A stretch of DNA of 64,000 nt from Candidatus Latescibacterota bacterium (lineage in GTDB: Bacteria > Latescibacterota > UBA2968): contig OZ241986.1 in the NCBI GenBank assembly GCA_965204375.1, positions 3,680,001 through 3,744,000 on the forward strand, read 5' to 3'. Below the pieces are notes generated by a model. That model did not search any database and was not told the origin of the DNA. It saw only the letters and a program-made list of their open reading frames with translations. The translations under genes and the position numbers were made by a program. This document shows positions 28,110 through 39,107 of the stretch, piece by piece (position 1 is the stretch's first letter; the number at the start of each line of letters is the position of its first letter).

Positions 28110-29045
28110 TCACACCAGATCTTCCACCTTTCCACCCGGAACATTTCTCCGAAAATATCGCTGCAACTTGGCAAGCGCGCGATTGCGAATCTGCCGCACG
28201 CGCTCTCGGGTAACACCCAGAGAACAGCCAATATCACTCAGCGTCCGGCGCTCATCTCCATCGAGACCAAAATAAGCGCGAATAACATCTCGCTCCCGGG
28301 GATCCAGAGAATCATTGAGAGACCGCAATATAAACTCGGACTGATCCCGGTATATCACGAGTTGATCTGGATCCTCTCCATCGGCCTCGAGTATATTCTG
28401 GAGCGGCTGCTCGCCCGCCGTATCTACGGGCATAGAAAGAGACAGATCTGGGCGCACACAGCGCAACGCCCGTTCTGCGCGTTTGTTGCTGATCTTCATA
28501 TCGCTGGCAACTTCGTCCAGCGTGGGCACGCGCCCCAGTTCCTGGGTCATCTGCCCCCAGCGGCGCGCCATCCGGTCCATATCCTCCTGGCGATTTGCAG
28601 GCATAACCACATTAGACGTGCGCTTGAGCGCATTGAGAATGCACTGCCGAATCCACCACACCGCATAGCTGATAAACTTAAACCCGCGTTCTTCGTCAAA
28701 TCGCTTGAGGGCTTCCATCAACCCCATATTGCCCTCGGCAATCAAATCGGCAAGGGGCACACCTCGCCCCTGATATTCGAGTGCAACACTGACGACAAAA
28801 CGCAAATTTGACGTAATAACTTTGTCAATCGCCGCTTGATTTCCCCGTTTGGCCTTGCGAAGGACTCTTTGTTCCTCCTCCCGGCTCAATGGGGGGTACT
28901 TGCGCAGTTCTTTGAGATAGCTCTGAACAGAAGCTTCGCGCGCGTACTGCGTTCCCTGTTGCGTGTATTCCATTGTATCTCCTACCACTTGCTCCTCTTT
29001 ACCCGACCCGGTGCGGGATTCTGTTACAACAGTTGGCGTTACCAT
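28110..29045 (-). CDS. Sigma70-family (RpoD/RpoS-like, no region 1.1) sigma factor
   Basis: NLRFVVSVA, DLIAEGNMGL, KFISYAVWWIRQ, VTRERVRQI. Confidence 0.92.
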   Translation of the reverse strand: MVTPTVVTESRTGSGKEEQVVGDTMEYTQQGTQYAREASVQSYLKELRKYPPLSREEEQRVLRKAKRGNQAAIDKVITSNLRFVVSVALEYQGRGVPLADLIAEGNMGLMEALKRFDEERGFKFISYAVWWIRQCILNALKRTSNVVMPANRQEDMDRMARRWGQMTQELGRVPTLDEVASDMKISNKRAERALRCVRPDLSLSMPVDTAGEQPLQNILEADGEDPDQLVIYRDQSEFILRSLNDSLDPRERDVIRAYFGLDGDERRTLSDIGCSLGVTRERVRQIRNRALAKLQRYFRRNVPGGKVEDLV

Positions 29046-29328
29046 TTTTGATTGTCACCCCCTCCCAGCATTGTTTAACGAATTGTTATATACCTTTCTT
29101 AAACGCACTTAACATTTACAAAGTTTCACAATCTCGAATATATTTCTCGATTGCTGTCCATCCCCTGTTACATCTTAGATACACGCCATATATCTAAAGG
29201 TTTCAAAATAGTGCGTGCGCGGAAGAAGATATCGAATTGCTTGCGGGACCGGTGCCGAAAGGCTATCTTGCTCGCTACCTGGCAATGATACGCGATTTTA
29301 ACGTTGTGTGTAAACGAAAGGAAAGACA

Positions 29329-30669
29329 ATGTCCCGGCATAAAGACAACATCTTTCACAGAACCCTCAAAAAAGAATGGTCGAAGATATCACACGGAGAA
29401 GGCATTTATCTGTTCGATACCGAAGGAAATCGCTATCTCGACGCCTGTGCGGGCGTGCATGTAGTCAGTATCGGCCACGGAGTCAAAGAGATCGCAGAGG
29501 TCATGGCCGAACAGGCGGAGAAGGTCTGTTTCACCTACGCCCGGTTCCTCACCCAGCCCCAGATTGACCTATCAGACAGGATCGCCAGCCTCACGCCGGA
29601 AGATCTGAACCGGGTCTTTTTCGTTTCCGGAGGATCCGAAGCCACAGAGTCGGCCATGAAAATCGCCCGAAAGTACCATATCGCAACCGGCAATCCCGGA
29701 AAGTACAGGGTCATCTCCCGGTGGCAGGCCTGGCACGGGAATACGGTTGGTGCCCTCTCCATGTCCGGGCGGTCGCCCTGGCGTGAGGACTATATCCCCT
29801 ACCTGCTGAATTTCCCCCATATCCCGCCGCCCTACCCCTACCGGTGCGCCTACTGTAAGGACCACTCGGAATGCCAGCTTCACTGCGCAGAGGAACTGGA
29901 GCGGGTCATCAAACAGGAGGGGAGCGAGTCGATCTCCGCCTTTATCGCCGAACCGATCCTCGGCACCTCCGCCGCCGGAGTGACCCCTCCTCAGGACTAC
30001 TACCCTCTCATTCGGGAGATCTGTGACCGGCACAATATCCTGATGATCGTCGATGAAGTCGTCACCGGTTTTGGCAGGACAGGCCGCAACTTCGGCATCG
30101 AACACTGGGATGTGGTCCCCGATATTATGGCGACCGGGAAAGGATTGAGTAGCGGCTATACGCCCATTGCCGCAACCGTCGTCCACGAAAAAATCTACAA
30201 CGCCATCTACAGGGAATCCGTCTCTTTTGTACACGGGCACACCTATGGCGGAAACGCCCTTTCCTGCGCCACGGCCCTGGCCGTGCAAAACTACATCCAG
30301 ACACATGATCTGGTATCGAACTGCGCCCGGATGGGCGACCTGATGCTGGAAAAACTCATGCCCCTGCAGGACCTGCCGATCGTCGGGGGCATACGCGGGA
30401 AGGGCCTGCTGATCGGCATCGAATTCGTCGCTGACAAATCCACGCGTGCCCCCTTCGACCTCTCAAAAGGAGTGACCTCAAGGATCGTGGATCTCGCCTT
30501 CGAAAAAGGGGTACTGGTCATGCCCGGAGCCCCCGGCCTGGTCGATGGTGTCGAAGGCGACCATATCGCCATCAGCCCCCCTTTCACCATCACCGAATCG
30601 GAAGTACAGCACGTTGTCGATGTGATACAAGAAACCATTGAGGAAGTCTCGGCACAGCTGTGTAAGTAA
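29329..30669 (+). CDS. Class III PLP aminotransferase
   Basis: YLDACAG, IVDEVVTGFGRTG, TGKGLSSGY, HGHTYGGN. Confidence 0.93.
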   Translation: MSRHKDNIFHRTLKKEWSKISHGEGIYLFDTEGNRYLDACAGVHVVSIGHGVKEIAEVMAEQAEKVCFTYARFLTQPQIDLSDRIASLTPEDLNRVFFVSGGSEATESAMKIARKYHIATGNPGKYRVISRWQAWHGNTVGALSMSGRSPWREDYIPYLLNFPHIPPPYPYRCAYCKDHSECQLHCAEELERVIKQEGSESISAFIAEPILGTSAAGVTPPQDYYPLIREICDRHNILMIVDEVVTGFGRTGRNFGIEHWDVVPDIMATGKGLSSGYTPIAATVVHEKIYNAIYRESVSFVHGHTYGGNALSCATALAVQNYIQTHDLVSNCARMGDLMLEKLMPLQDLPIVGGIRGKGLLIGIEFVADKSTRAPFDLSKGVTSRIVDLAFEKGVLVMPGAPGLVDGVEGDHIAISPPFTITESEVQHVVDVIQETIEEVSAQLCK

Positions 30670-30690
30670 TTCTCGGCATGGAGAGGGAAT

Positions 30691-32292
30691 ATGACAGAAA
30701 AAGCCCATCGGATCCTCTACGTGAGCGACCCATCCACGATCGCACGCACGGTATTGCCTGACCCAGTAAGAGAAGCCGACCTGCGCAAATGGGTGGATAT
30801 GGTCGCGGACAGCGGGATAGATATATTCAATCAGGAAATATTCTCTCAAGGATGGACGGCCTACTGGCAATCCGAACACTACGAATACGACCAGCGGCCT
30901 CAGCACCAGCGATTCAGACCGTTAATCGAAGCGGGCACACAACCACTGGACATCCTCATCGACCAATCGCACCGGCGCGGCATGCAATTTATCGCTGGCT
31001 TCCGCATGAATGACGGCCACGCCGCACACAACCGCAAACAAGGTGTCGGCATTGCCGAATATATTGAATCCAATCCGCATCTGAGATTGCACGACCCGCG
31101 CCCCGGGCAGAACTACCAGGAACCAGAAGCACTCGACTTCACCCATCGGGAAGTTCGAGAATTCACTTATGGCGTTATAGAAGAAGTCGCCTGCGGATTT
31201 GACATCGACGGCATAGAACTGTGTTTTCGAGACACGGCCTACTTCCCCCCGCACCATGCTGCCGAACGCGCACACCTCATGACAGATCTCATACAAAATA
31301 TCCGCACGCGACTAAATGAGCGCGGCAAAGAAATCGGCAAAAAACTCATATTTGGTGCACGCATATACGCAACGCCAGCAGAATGCGAGAGTCAGGGCCT
31401 GGACATTTGCAATTGGATACGAAATGGACTGCTCGACTACATCAGCCCGCAAGATACGATGTATGCCGACCACAATTTGCCCTATTCGGAATGGTCGGCA
31501 CTAACGCGGGAAACAGCGTGCCTGCTCTATCCCGGCCTACTACCGTGGAACAGCTACCGCGCGCGCTATCGCCTCGGACGCATCCCCTTAAGCCACGCCA
31601 CCTGCCGCGCACTCGCGCACACCATGTACGGCGCCGGTGCACATGGCATATCGATCTACAACCATTTTGTGCCTTCCGTGTGGCAGCAACCTTTTTACCC
31701 TCAAAGCATGCAGGTCTTCCACCAGCTCCGCGATCCCGAACGCGTTGCGCGCGGCGAACGGCACTACATTTTCGACCCCACCTGGGACGGATTTAGCGGT
31801 TTCGGAGCCAATGGCAGATGCAGCACAGGCGTAACCAACGCACAACAACTTCGACTATCGCGCAGCGAACAGCGTCCCACGGGTGAATTTCGCTTTCAAC
31901 TCTATGAAAACCTGCAACACGCGCACTGCGCGACACTCCTCTTTCGGGGATTTGGCCTGACCGCGGGCGATGAATTAGACGTGCGTCTCAACGGCCATGC
32001 CATCCCCGACGAAGCCATCGGACGCACCGCATCCTCTGATCGCGTCACAACCGTAGATTCGACACGGGAAAAAGACGGCAGAAACATACCCTGTACCGCG
32101 CAGGGCGGACGGATCGAATTTCGCGCACGCGCGGAAAAACCCGTCTTTTCCACGCGCTGGTTTGCGCTCTCGGACCCGCTCGTCGAACGCGGCGACAACT
32201 ACCTGTCCATCACACTCACCAAAAGCGACCCCGAAGCCGCATCCCCCACAATTGTAATCGACGAAGTAGAGATATTCGTCGAACCGCAATAA
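30691..32292 (+). CDS. Glycoside-hydrolase-like TIM-barrel protein (GHL10-like)
   Basis: FRMND.H, ALDFTH.EVR, DIDGIELCF.R pattern; C-terminal beta-sandwich. Confidence 0.6.
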   Translation: MTEKAHRILYVSDPSTIARTVLPDPVREADLRKWVDMVADSGIDIFNQEIFSQGWTAYWQSEHYEYDQRPQHQRFRPLIEAGTQPLDILIDQSHRRGMQFIAGFRMNDGHAAHNRKQGVGIAEYIESNPHLRLHDPRPGQNYQEPEALDFTHREVREFTYGVIEEVACGFDIDGIELCFRDTAYFPPHHAAERAHLMTDLIQNIRTRLNERGKEIGKKLIFGARIYATPAECESQGLDICNWIRNGLLDYISPQDTMYADHNLPYSEWSALTRETACLLYPGLLPWNSYRARYRLGRIPLSHATCRALAHTMYGAGAHGISIYNHFVPSVWQQPFYPQSMQVFHQLRDPERVARGERHYIFDPTWDGFSGFGANGRCSTGVTNAQQLRLSRSEQRPTGEFRFQLYENLQHAHCATLLFRGFGLTAGDELDVRLNGHAIPDEAIGRTASSDRVTTVDSTREKDGRNIPCTAQGGRIEFRARAEKPVFSTRWFALSDPLVERGDNYLSITLTKSDPEAASPTIVIDEVEIFVEPQ

Positions 32293-32395
32293 AAAACAGG
32301 CCATCAATCCTCTAATTACACAGAATTGATGGCCATTATGTACTGCCCTTGCACGTCAACCGAACAGCAGTCCCCTTGTTATCTGCGGTTTTCAC

Positions 32396-34318
32396 CTAAA
32401 AGCAGCTATAAATATTTGGACTAAACGCGTTTAAATCCGCAGTAAGTCCTATCCCCGAAGGCTTGCTATTTGAGATTGTAAGTGGAATACTGCGAATTGT
32501 TTCCCACTCCGTGCGTAGATTTTTTACCCAGTCCGGCAAAGTTCCCAGACGCAATGCGAGTTGGGCGTCAAAAAGCGATTCCGGAGCAACCGCCTCGCCA
32601 TTCGATTCCAGAATCTCGAGATCACTCTCATTAAAGGTCGCCGGATTGCCGTGAAAACCCACAATAATCGGAAACAAAAATTTGAGATATCCTTGCCAAA
32701 AATCGTAGTGCGTAACAGCACCCCCGTGGTTGTAATTCCAGAACACGAGACGCCGGAGATGGTGCGGCTCAACCCCACCACCGCTGCTACCGGACAACCT
32801 GCCATTACTCACAAGATCGTATAAATTGGCATAGCAGGGATCCGTCTTATGGATATCAAGCGGCTGGTCTGGAGACATATCATAACGGTAAATCACATTG
32901 CCCGTTGAGACATGGCTCATACCCGTGCCATGATGCTGGCCTGGAATCGCACGGGTGTTTCTCTGAGCATCGATGAGAGGAGCCGTGCTATAAGGCGCCT
33001 GGCCTGCAATATCTTCTGACAGCCCAAACCATATCCCGTAACTACCCTGACTATTAAAAGCAGTATGGCCCTTGTTGCCCGCTATTGTAACCTGGTAAAC
33101 CGATGAGGCAGCGCTGACAGTAAAACCAAGTGCGCCATTGACATGCATGAAAGAGACGCGCCGAACCCAGGAATTGACACATCGGTTGAATCCGAGAATA
33201 CTCCAGCCCGAATTGTGGATGAGATTCAGGTGATGGACAAATGACTCGAAGAACGAGCCGTGAAAACTGATGTCCTCAACGCCGACTTCTTCGAGATGCG
33301 GCAAGGACTGCACCCTCCAATTATACGCATGATTGATATGGGTATGCAGGGGTTCATTGAGGCGAACCCGATTGCCCTGAATCTCGGCAATGCTGTGTTC
33401 TTCCCGTATATCAAGCCCCACTTCGAAAAGTTCCCGCAAGCCGGACGCTGACTGAAGAGGTGCAATAAACTCATTAATTGCTTCTTCCTCGTTAGTATTC
33501 ACAGAGACCCAAATCCACTGACCCACTGAGAGCCTGGAAGCATTATTCACTGTAATCCAAAAAGTTTCTCGCGCCGCACTTTCTGTAATACGCGCTAAGG
33601 TAGAACGAGCGAAGCTAACAGGCTGGAAATTGAACATACTGGGCACATAACCGGGTCTATCGGGAAGGGGGACCATGTAATTGACCATTCGGATAATAGT
33701 ACCCCCCTTGCGGCTACCACTACCTCGCAAAACAATATTGCTACTGTAGATATAGATAGGCTCGTTGTAGCCCTCATCGTTTTTATCCGCATCGGTATTG
33801 ACGAGAAATACACCCGGCGGAAAGAACACAACACCCCTGCCATTTTCCTCTGCCGCGGCAATAGCCCTTACAATAGCAGGCTGGTCAGACACATCGTCAT
33901 TGGGAATGGCGCCATAATCCGTGACGTCGAATATGGGATGCGCGACATCGGGAACGGGTTTGTTGAAGTAGTGATAGCCCGAATAAGAAAAATCGGGTAA
34001 GATAGGTTCTGTCCCATTCTCTTTCGCCTTCACAAACTGTTGATAGGGCATCGCGCTCCTGAAAAATTCCGCCGTTCTGCCAAAGTCGCTGATAAAGAGC
34101 AGAAAATCGCCAAACCCAATTGCGCCATCGCCATTTAAATCGTATTTTGCATCGTACCTCTCCTGACCTTCCCGAGCACCAAACGCGCTGACAAGCAACA
34201 AAAAGTCGGTAAAATTGACCGCCCCACTCTCGTCAAAATCCGGCGAAGGTGCCGCAGACGCCGGTTGAATCAACAGCGCGATGAGTATGATTTGTGCGAA
34301 ACGCATGCGGAATAGCAT
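32396..34318 (-). CDS. Secreted pectate-lyase-like beta-helix (DUF4955-like) protein with N-terminal EF-hand/dockerin pair
   Basis: LPDFSYSGYH, FDVTDYGAIPND, VFFPPG, PESLFDAQLALR; DFDESGAVNFTDF and DLNGDGAIGFGDF. Confidence 0.75.
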   Translation of the reverse strand: MLFRMRFAQIILIALLIQPASAAPSPDFDESGAVNFTDFLLLVSAFGAREGQERYDAKYDLNGDGAIGFGDFLLFISDFGRTAEFFRSAMPYQQFVKAKENGTEPILPDFSYSGYHYFNKPVPDVAHPIFDVTDYGAIPNDDVSDQPAIVRAIAAAEENGRGVVFFPPGVFLVNTDADKNDEGYNEPIYIYSSNIVLRGSGSRKGGTIIRMVNYMVPLPDRPGYVPSMFNFQPVSFARSTLARITESAARETFWITVNNASRLSVGQWIWVSVNTNEEEAINEFIAPLQSASGLRELFEVGLDIREEHSIAEIQGNRVRLNEPLHTHINHAYNWRVQSLPHLEEVGVEDISFHGSFFESFVHHLNLIHNSGWSILGFNRCVNSWVRRVSFMHVNGALGFTVSAASSVYQVTIAGNKGHTAFNSQGSYGIWFGLSEDIAGQAPYSTAPLIDAQRNTRAIPGQHHGTGMSHVSTGNVIYRYDMSPDQPLDIHKTDPCYANLYDLVSNGRLSGSSGGGVEPHHLRRLVFWNYNHGGAVTHYDFWQGYLKFLFPIIVGFHGNPATFNESDLEILESNGEAVAPESLFDAQLALRLGTLPDWVKNLRTEWETIRSIPLTISNSKPSGIGLTADLNAFSPNIYSCF

Positions 34319-34327
34319 ATTAAATTC

Positions 34328-35650
34328 CTATGAAGCAACCTCTTCGAGGGCATTTCCGACAGCCAAAATCAAACCGTCGATGTGTTCATCCTGCGTCGGA
34401 AGACTAATCGCACACATAGTCAGTCCCTGCCCGCAGAAATAGCCCTGATTGAGCAGAGACAGAAACACGGCGTGTGCGAATGCCCTGTCCGCCCGGGTCA
34501 GATCGCGATAATCGTGCAACCTGTCAATACCAAAGTGGATACCAAACACCGACCCCGTCGCAACGACCTGCGCCACAACACCCCGTTCGGCGAACAAATC
34601 TTCCAGACCGGTCTTCAACCGATTCCCCAAACGGTTCAGATGCGCGTACGCCTCGTCCGTCATAGATTCGAGCGTAGCGATCCCCGCAGCCATCGCCACT
34701 GCGTGACTGCTATGGGTACCACTCTGAAAAACAGATGAAGACCCGCTGGAATTATCCACCATATCCATAATATCCGCTCGCCCGCCAAAAGCCCCGACGG
34801 GAAACCCGCCGCCGATCATCTTGCCAAAACACGTCAAATCAGGCCTGATCCCCACATGACTTTGCAGACCGCCCTTCGCCTGACGAAATCCGACAATCTC
34901 ATCGAGAATCAGCAAAATGCCGAGTTCCTCGGTAATCGCGCGCACCCGCTGGATAAAATCGTGCCGGATCGGAATAATACCCGCCTTTGGATCGAGAATC
35001 ACACACGCCAGTTCATCCCGGTGGCGCGACAAAAGCCGCTCGACGCTCTCCTCATCGTTATAGGGCAAAACAATCATATCCTCAAGCGCGTGCAACGCCA
35101 TACCCCCCGCACTGGGAACCGCATTGGGCGCAGAGGCTTCCCCCGCGGATTCCAGAGACGGGGTAGTGCTGATCTCCACAGCATCGTGACTCCCGTGGTA
35201 ACCGCCCTCGAACTTCGCGATCTTCGGCCTACCGCTGAAACATCTCGCCAGCCGAACCGCGTGCAATGTGGCTTCGGTCCCGGAACTGACAAAACGGATG
35301 CGATCAACCGAAGATATGCGCTCGCACATCACTCGCGCCAACCGGGTCTCGATACCCGTTGCAGCACCAAGCGCGATACCATCGACCAACTGTCTCTCCA
35401 CCGCCTCTACAATCGCGGGATGGTTATGCCCCAGAACCTGCGCAGTGTGGTGATTCGAGAAATCGACATAGGACCTGCCATCGACATCTTCGAGCACACA
35501 TCCCTTTCCCCGTCGCAGCGTAATCGGATACGGCGCAAAAAAATAGGCGCCCTTGGCGGCGCCAGCATTCACCGACCGCCCGTCCTCAAACATCTGACGG
35601 GACATCGGCGTCAATTCGCGATATCTAACTTCAATAGTCTCTTGCGACAT
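34328..35650 (-). CDS. Class III aminotransferase (glutamate-1-semialdehyde aminomutase-like)
   Basis: SGTEAT, KFEGGYHG, LILDEIVGFR, FGKMIGGGFPVGA. Confidence 0.88.
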   Translation of the reverse strand: MSQETIEVRYRELTPMSRQMFEDGRSVNAGAAKGAYFFAPYPITLRRGKGCVLEDVDGRSYVDFSNHHTAQVLGHNHPAIVEAVERQLVDGIALGAATGIETRLARVMCERISSVDRIRFVSSGTEATLHAVRLARCFSGRPKIAKFEGGYHGSHDAVEISTTPSLESAGEASAPNAVPSAGGMALHALEDMIVLPYNDEESVERLLSRHRDELACVILDPKAGIIPIRHDFIQRVRAITEELGILLILDEIVGFRQAKGGLQSHVGIRPDLTCFGKMIGGGFPVGAFGGRADIMDMVDNSSGSSSVFQSGTHSSHAVAMAAGIATLESMTDEAYAHLNRLGNRLKTGLEDLFAERGVVAQVVATGSVFGIHFGIDRLHDYRDLTRADRAFAHAVFLSLLNQGYFCGQGLTMCAISLPTQDEHIDGLILAVGNALEEVAS

Positions 35651-35663
35651 TGCTCAATTTCCC

Positions 35664-36413
35664 TCACAATCTCAACAGGCGTTTCGCATTTTCCCCAAGC
35701 ACCAGACGCTTCTCGCAATCGCCAATCCTCGCAGTAATAATCTTCCCCAGTTGCGTTCGCGGATCCATAAGCGGAACATCCGAACCGAAAAGTACGCGAT
35801 CGGCACCCGCTTCGGCCACCAGCCTTTCGATCACACCAGGCTCGCGGAAAGTGGAACACGTCTCGACATAAACATTCGAAAATCGCTGCGCCGCCCGAAT
35901 CGCCTGACTTCTGTACGGCTCGGAATTGCCCGCATGCGCGATCACAAAATTCGCATTCGGATAGCACCCGGCAATATCCTCAACATAAACGGGCCAACAC
36001 GTCTCTTCCGCACCCGTATGCGAAATAATCGCCAGACCGCGATCATCCGCGAACTGATAAACCGGGTCCCACACGGGATCGTTCAACCGCCAGTGGGAAT
36101 AGGGCGGGTAGATCTTAATCGCCAAAAATCCGAGCTTGTCAATCGCCCGTTCCAACTCCGGTACCATAAATTCGGACATCAGGGGAGAGACATAGGCAAA
36201 ACCGATAAACCGCTCCGGGTAGCGACTCACAAAAGCCGCAGTCTGGTCATTGCCCGTCGCGCCATCTGGATGAAAGATATTGAATAGACAACTGCGATCA
36301 ATACCCACGGCATCCATCGCGTGGAGAATCTCGTCGGCATCATCGCTCATCTCAAAAATGTCCCACCGGCCGACATGCCCGTGAAAATCGATAATTTCCC
36401 GACCGTCAATCAT
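35664..36413 (-). CDS. Amidohydrolase_2 family protein
   Basis: IDFHGH, SHTG, IAHAG, VLFGSD metal-binding motifs. Confidence 0.88.
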   Translation of the reverse strand: MIDGREIIDFHGHVGRWDIFEMSDDADEILHAMDAVGIDRSCLFNIFHPDGATGNDQTAAFVSRYPERFIGFAYVSPLMSEFMVPELERAIDKLGFLAIKIYPPYSHWRLNDPVWDPVYQFADDRGLAIISHTGAEETCWPVYVEDIAGCYPNANFVIAHAGNSEPYRSQAIRAAQRFSNVYVETCSTFREPGVIERLVAEAGADRVLFGSDVPLMDPRTQLGKIITARIGDCEKRLVLGENAKRLLRL

Positions 36414-37152
36414 AAAGAACCCGCTCCAGATTCGCCGCACAGATCAACCTGAGATCATCCTCCGATATCTCCAGATGATGGAGCGCGAACAGCATCGGAC
36501 CCATCGCATATCGCGGAAAGAACGACCCGTAAAGTAGCCGTCCCGCACCAAATTCCCGAACCAACTTCTCGATCCCGCAGATATTCTCATAACGGCTGAG
36601 TTCGAGAAACGCATTGGGCAACACCCGCAGCATCGGACGGACCATCATCGAATGCGTATAGTGCGCGCCGACCAGCACGACAGTCAGATCCGGATACCCA
36701 CCCAGCGTATCGACGACCTCTGCCGGAGGCGTATCCGCCAGCGACACCCAGAGGGGAATACCCTCAGCACGCAGCCAGGCGAGCAAATCACCGTAAAGCC
36801 ACGAAACAAATGGCAGCCTGCATTCCTCGGTATTGTGCAGCCGAACGCTCGAAACGACACCATCCCGGTGGAAATCGCACAACTGCCTCAGCGATCCAGA
36901 ATCACACCCGGCGACGAACTGCGGAACAAGCGCGTCATTTTGCCCCGTCAACACCGCGAGCGAATCATTGCCCTGCATCGGACTAATCCATTCGCCTTGA
37001 ACGGCATAGACAAGCGCGCGATCAACCCCGTGGCGCGACATCTCCTCGAGCAACTGACCGGGAGAATCGACTGGAGATCGCCGGTCGTGGCGATTGCCGA
37101 TCCCGACATTGGCATCAAATACGGGAACGCGAGATCTAAAAGACAAAGACAT
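36406..37152 (-). CDS. Amidohydrolase-fold protein with degenerate metal site
   Basis: FDANVGIG in place of DxHxH; RLLYGSFFP in place of FGSD. Confidence 0.75.
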   Translation of the reverse strand: MSLSFRSRVPVFDANVGIGNRHDRRSPVDSPGQLLEEMSRHGVDRALVYAVQGEWISPMQGNDSLAVLTGQNDALVPQFVAGCDSGSLRQLCDFHRDGVVSSVRLHNTEECRLPFVSWLYGDLLAWLRAEGIPLWVSLADTPPAEVVDTLGGYPDLTVVLVGAHYTHSMMVRPMLRVLPNAFLELSRYENICGIEKLVREFGAGRLLYGSFFPRYAMGPMLFALHHLEISEDDLRLICAANLERVLYD

Positions 37153-37185
37153 TGCGTATAACCCAACTCAGATGTGAAAACACAA

Positions 37186-38682
37186 TCACCCCTCGCCCCG
37201 CGCAACGATCTCCGACCAGGGAACGCCCTCATGGACATCCTGGTGCGCCTGCGACCAGGTCTCCGTTTCATAACCCGGAACATCTGCCGGCGTCAATCCC
37301 TCTGGGAGCGGACCATGCATAAGCGGCGGACAGGAACGGAAACGCAGCAAATCAATCAGCAGCTTTTCCCGTACCTCGCGATAATCCGGATCATCCCACC
37401 GGTTGATGAGTTCCCCCGGATCAATGCGATGGTCGTAGAGTTCGCTCTCGTCTCCCGTAATATCGAGCGTAATCCGAAATTCCTCCGTACGCATCGACAT
37501 ATGGTGATACGCCTTGACGTGTTCGCACAGCACAGCCTGCTTATTCCAGGCATCCCTACCCTGAAGAGCGGGAACCAGACTCCTACCCTGAACCGTATTG
37601 GGCGCATCAACACCCAGAATATCCATCAGCGTGGGATAGAGATCCACAGACTCCACAAACCCATCGAAAACCTCCCCCCTCGGCAACGCCGCGGGATAGC
37701 GCAGAATAAACGGCACCCGATGGATACACTCGTAAAATCCGAGATTTTTCCAGATCAGACCGTGTTCGCCGGCAAAATCGCCGTGGTCTGCCGAATAAAT
37801 GACAATAGTCTCCTCCAGAATACCCTGGGATTCCAATTCTTCGAGAACGCGCCCGATCTGCTCATCAATCAGAGAGACCAGCCCGTAGTAATGGGCGATA
37901 CACTTTTGCAGATGTGCCCTATCCCTGGGCCTGAACGGATAGGGAAGCTCCCCCCGTTTGGCCTGTTGCTGGCGTTCGGACTTGCCCTCAAACGCATCCG
38001 CTGCATTGTCCGGCACCGCGACCTCCTCGGGATCGTACATGCGATCAAAAGGCGCGGACACGGTAAGCGGGTCGTGTGGTCTTGAAAAAGAGATACACGC
38101 GAAGAAAGGTTTGCCCTTATCGCGCTCCCGAAGATATTTGACAGACTCATTCCCACACCAGACCTCGACCGAATGTTCCAGTGGCAGCGGCGAAGTCACC
38201 GCACATTCGGGGTGCCGTGCCCATTTTCTGGTCAGGTCAAAATCATCCGCCACCCCGGCCTCGACCAGACTCCGGAAATAATCGCAACTCAGCGGGTCAT
38301 CGGGCAGGGCGTCGGTCATATGGTCAAAACGGTGGTAATCGAACTCGCGGCGGGGCCAGTGGACCCCAATATGCCCCTTGCCAATGATAGCCGTTTGATA
38401 CCCCACCTGCTTCAATATAGAGGTGATCGGATTCAGATGATCGGGCGGTTCGTCCGTATTGTTGTGCCGCCGGTGAAAATGCTCGTACATCCCCGTCATA
38501 TAGGAAATTCGGGACGGACCACAGTGCGCGCTATTGCCATACGCCCGCGAAAACCGCACCCCCTCTCGCGCCAGACGATCCATATTCGGCGTCCTGAGCA
38601 GGGGTTCCCCCGCACAGGACATTGTGCGCGCATTGTGCTGATCGGTCAAAATCCAGAGAATATTCGGTTGTCCAGATGCCAT
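37186..38682 (-). CDS. Formylglycine-dependent sulfatase
   Basis: CGPSRISYMTG, GKGH, SADHGD. Confidence 0.93.
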   Translation of the reverse strand: MASGQPNILWILTDQHNARTMSCAGEPLLRTPNMDRLAREGVRFSRAYGNSAHCGPSRISYMTGMYEHFHRRHNNTDEPPDHLNPITSILKQVGYQTAIIGKGHIGVHWPRREFDYHRFDHMTDALPDDPLSCDYFRSLVEAGVADDFDLTRKWARHPECAVTSPLPLEHSVEVWCGNESVKYLRERDKGKPFFACISFSRPHDPLTVSAPFDRMYDPEEVAVPDNAADAFEGKSERQQQAKRGELPYPFRPRDRAHLQKCIAHYYGLVSLIDEQIGRVLEELESQGILEETIVIYSADHGDFAGEHGLIWKNLGFYECIHRVPFILRYPAALPRGEVFDGFVESVDLYPTLMDILGVDAPNTVQGRSLVPALQGRDAWNKQAVLCEHVKAYHHMSMRTEEFRITLDITGDESELYDHRIDPGELINRWDDPDYREVREKLLIDLLRFRSCPPLMHGPLPEGLTPADVPGYETETWSQAHQDVHEGVPWSEIVARGEG

Positions 38683-38690
38683 TTAACTCC

Positions 38691-39107
38691 TCACTTTCGC
38701 GTCACCCGCAGCACGCCCTCATCGGCATTCACCACCACGTGGTCGCCCGTAGCGATCAGCTCAAACGGATCCCGTTCCAACTCTGTCATCATCGGAATCT
38801 CATTGACAATACATCCGAGAGCAGCCAATCCATCCACCTCCACATTGACAAAAGCCACTGGCGCATTGCCTTCCAATTGTGCCAGATTTAAAACCATAGG
38901 CGTACCCGAAGAACCTTTGGTCGAGCGAATAACCAGTACGCGCCCTCCCAGAGAAATTCCCTCCAGAGGATGCCCCACGCCGATCACCTTGCCCGTAATT
39001 GCATCCACCTCGCCCCAGAACGACAGCGTTGTATCAGCCACCAGTGCCTCGCCCTCCGCGTATCCCTTAACCACACCGTGCCCTCGAATATCAATGGTAT
39101 CAGCCAT
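38691..39107 (-). CDS. Aconitase X swivel subunit (DUF126)
   Basis: SFWGEVD...GHPLEG...TKGSSG. Confidence 0.88.
   Translation of the reverse strand: MADTIDIRGHGVVKGYAEGEALVADTTLSFWGEVDAITGKVIGVGHPLEGISLGGRVLVIRSTKGSSGTPMVLNLAQLEGNAPVAFVNVEVDGLAALGCIVNEIPMMTELERDPFELIATGDHVVVNADEGVLRVTRK

Noticed and set aside
34328-35650. Calling this gene hemL
   Set aside because: Divergent N-terminal substrate region and catabolic context with no tetrapyrrole genes; reported only as GSA-aminomutase-like.
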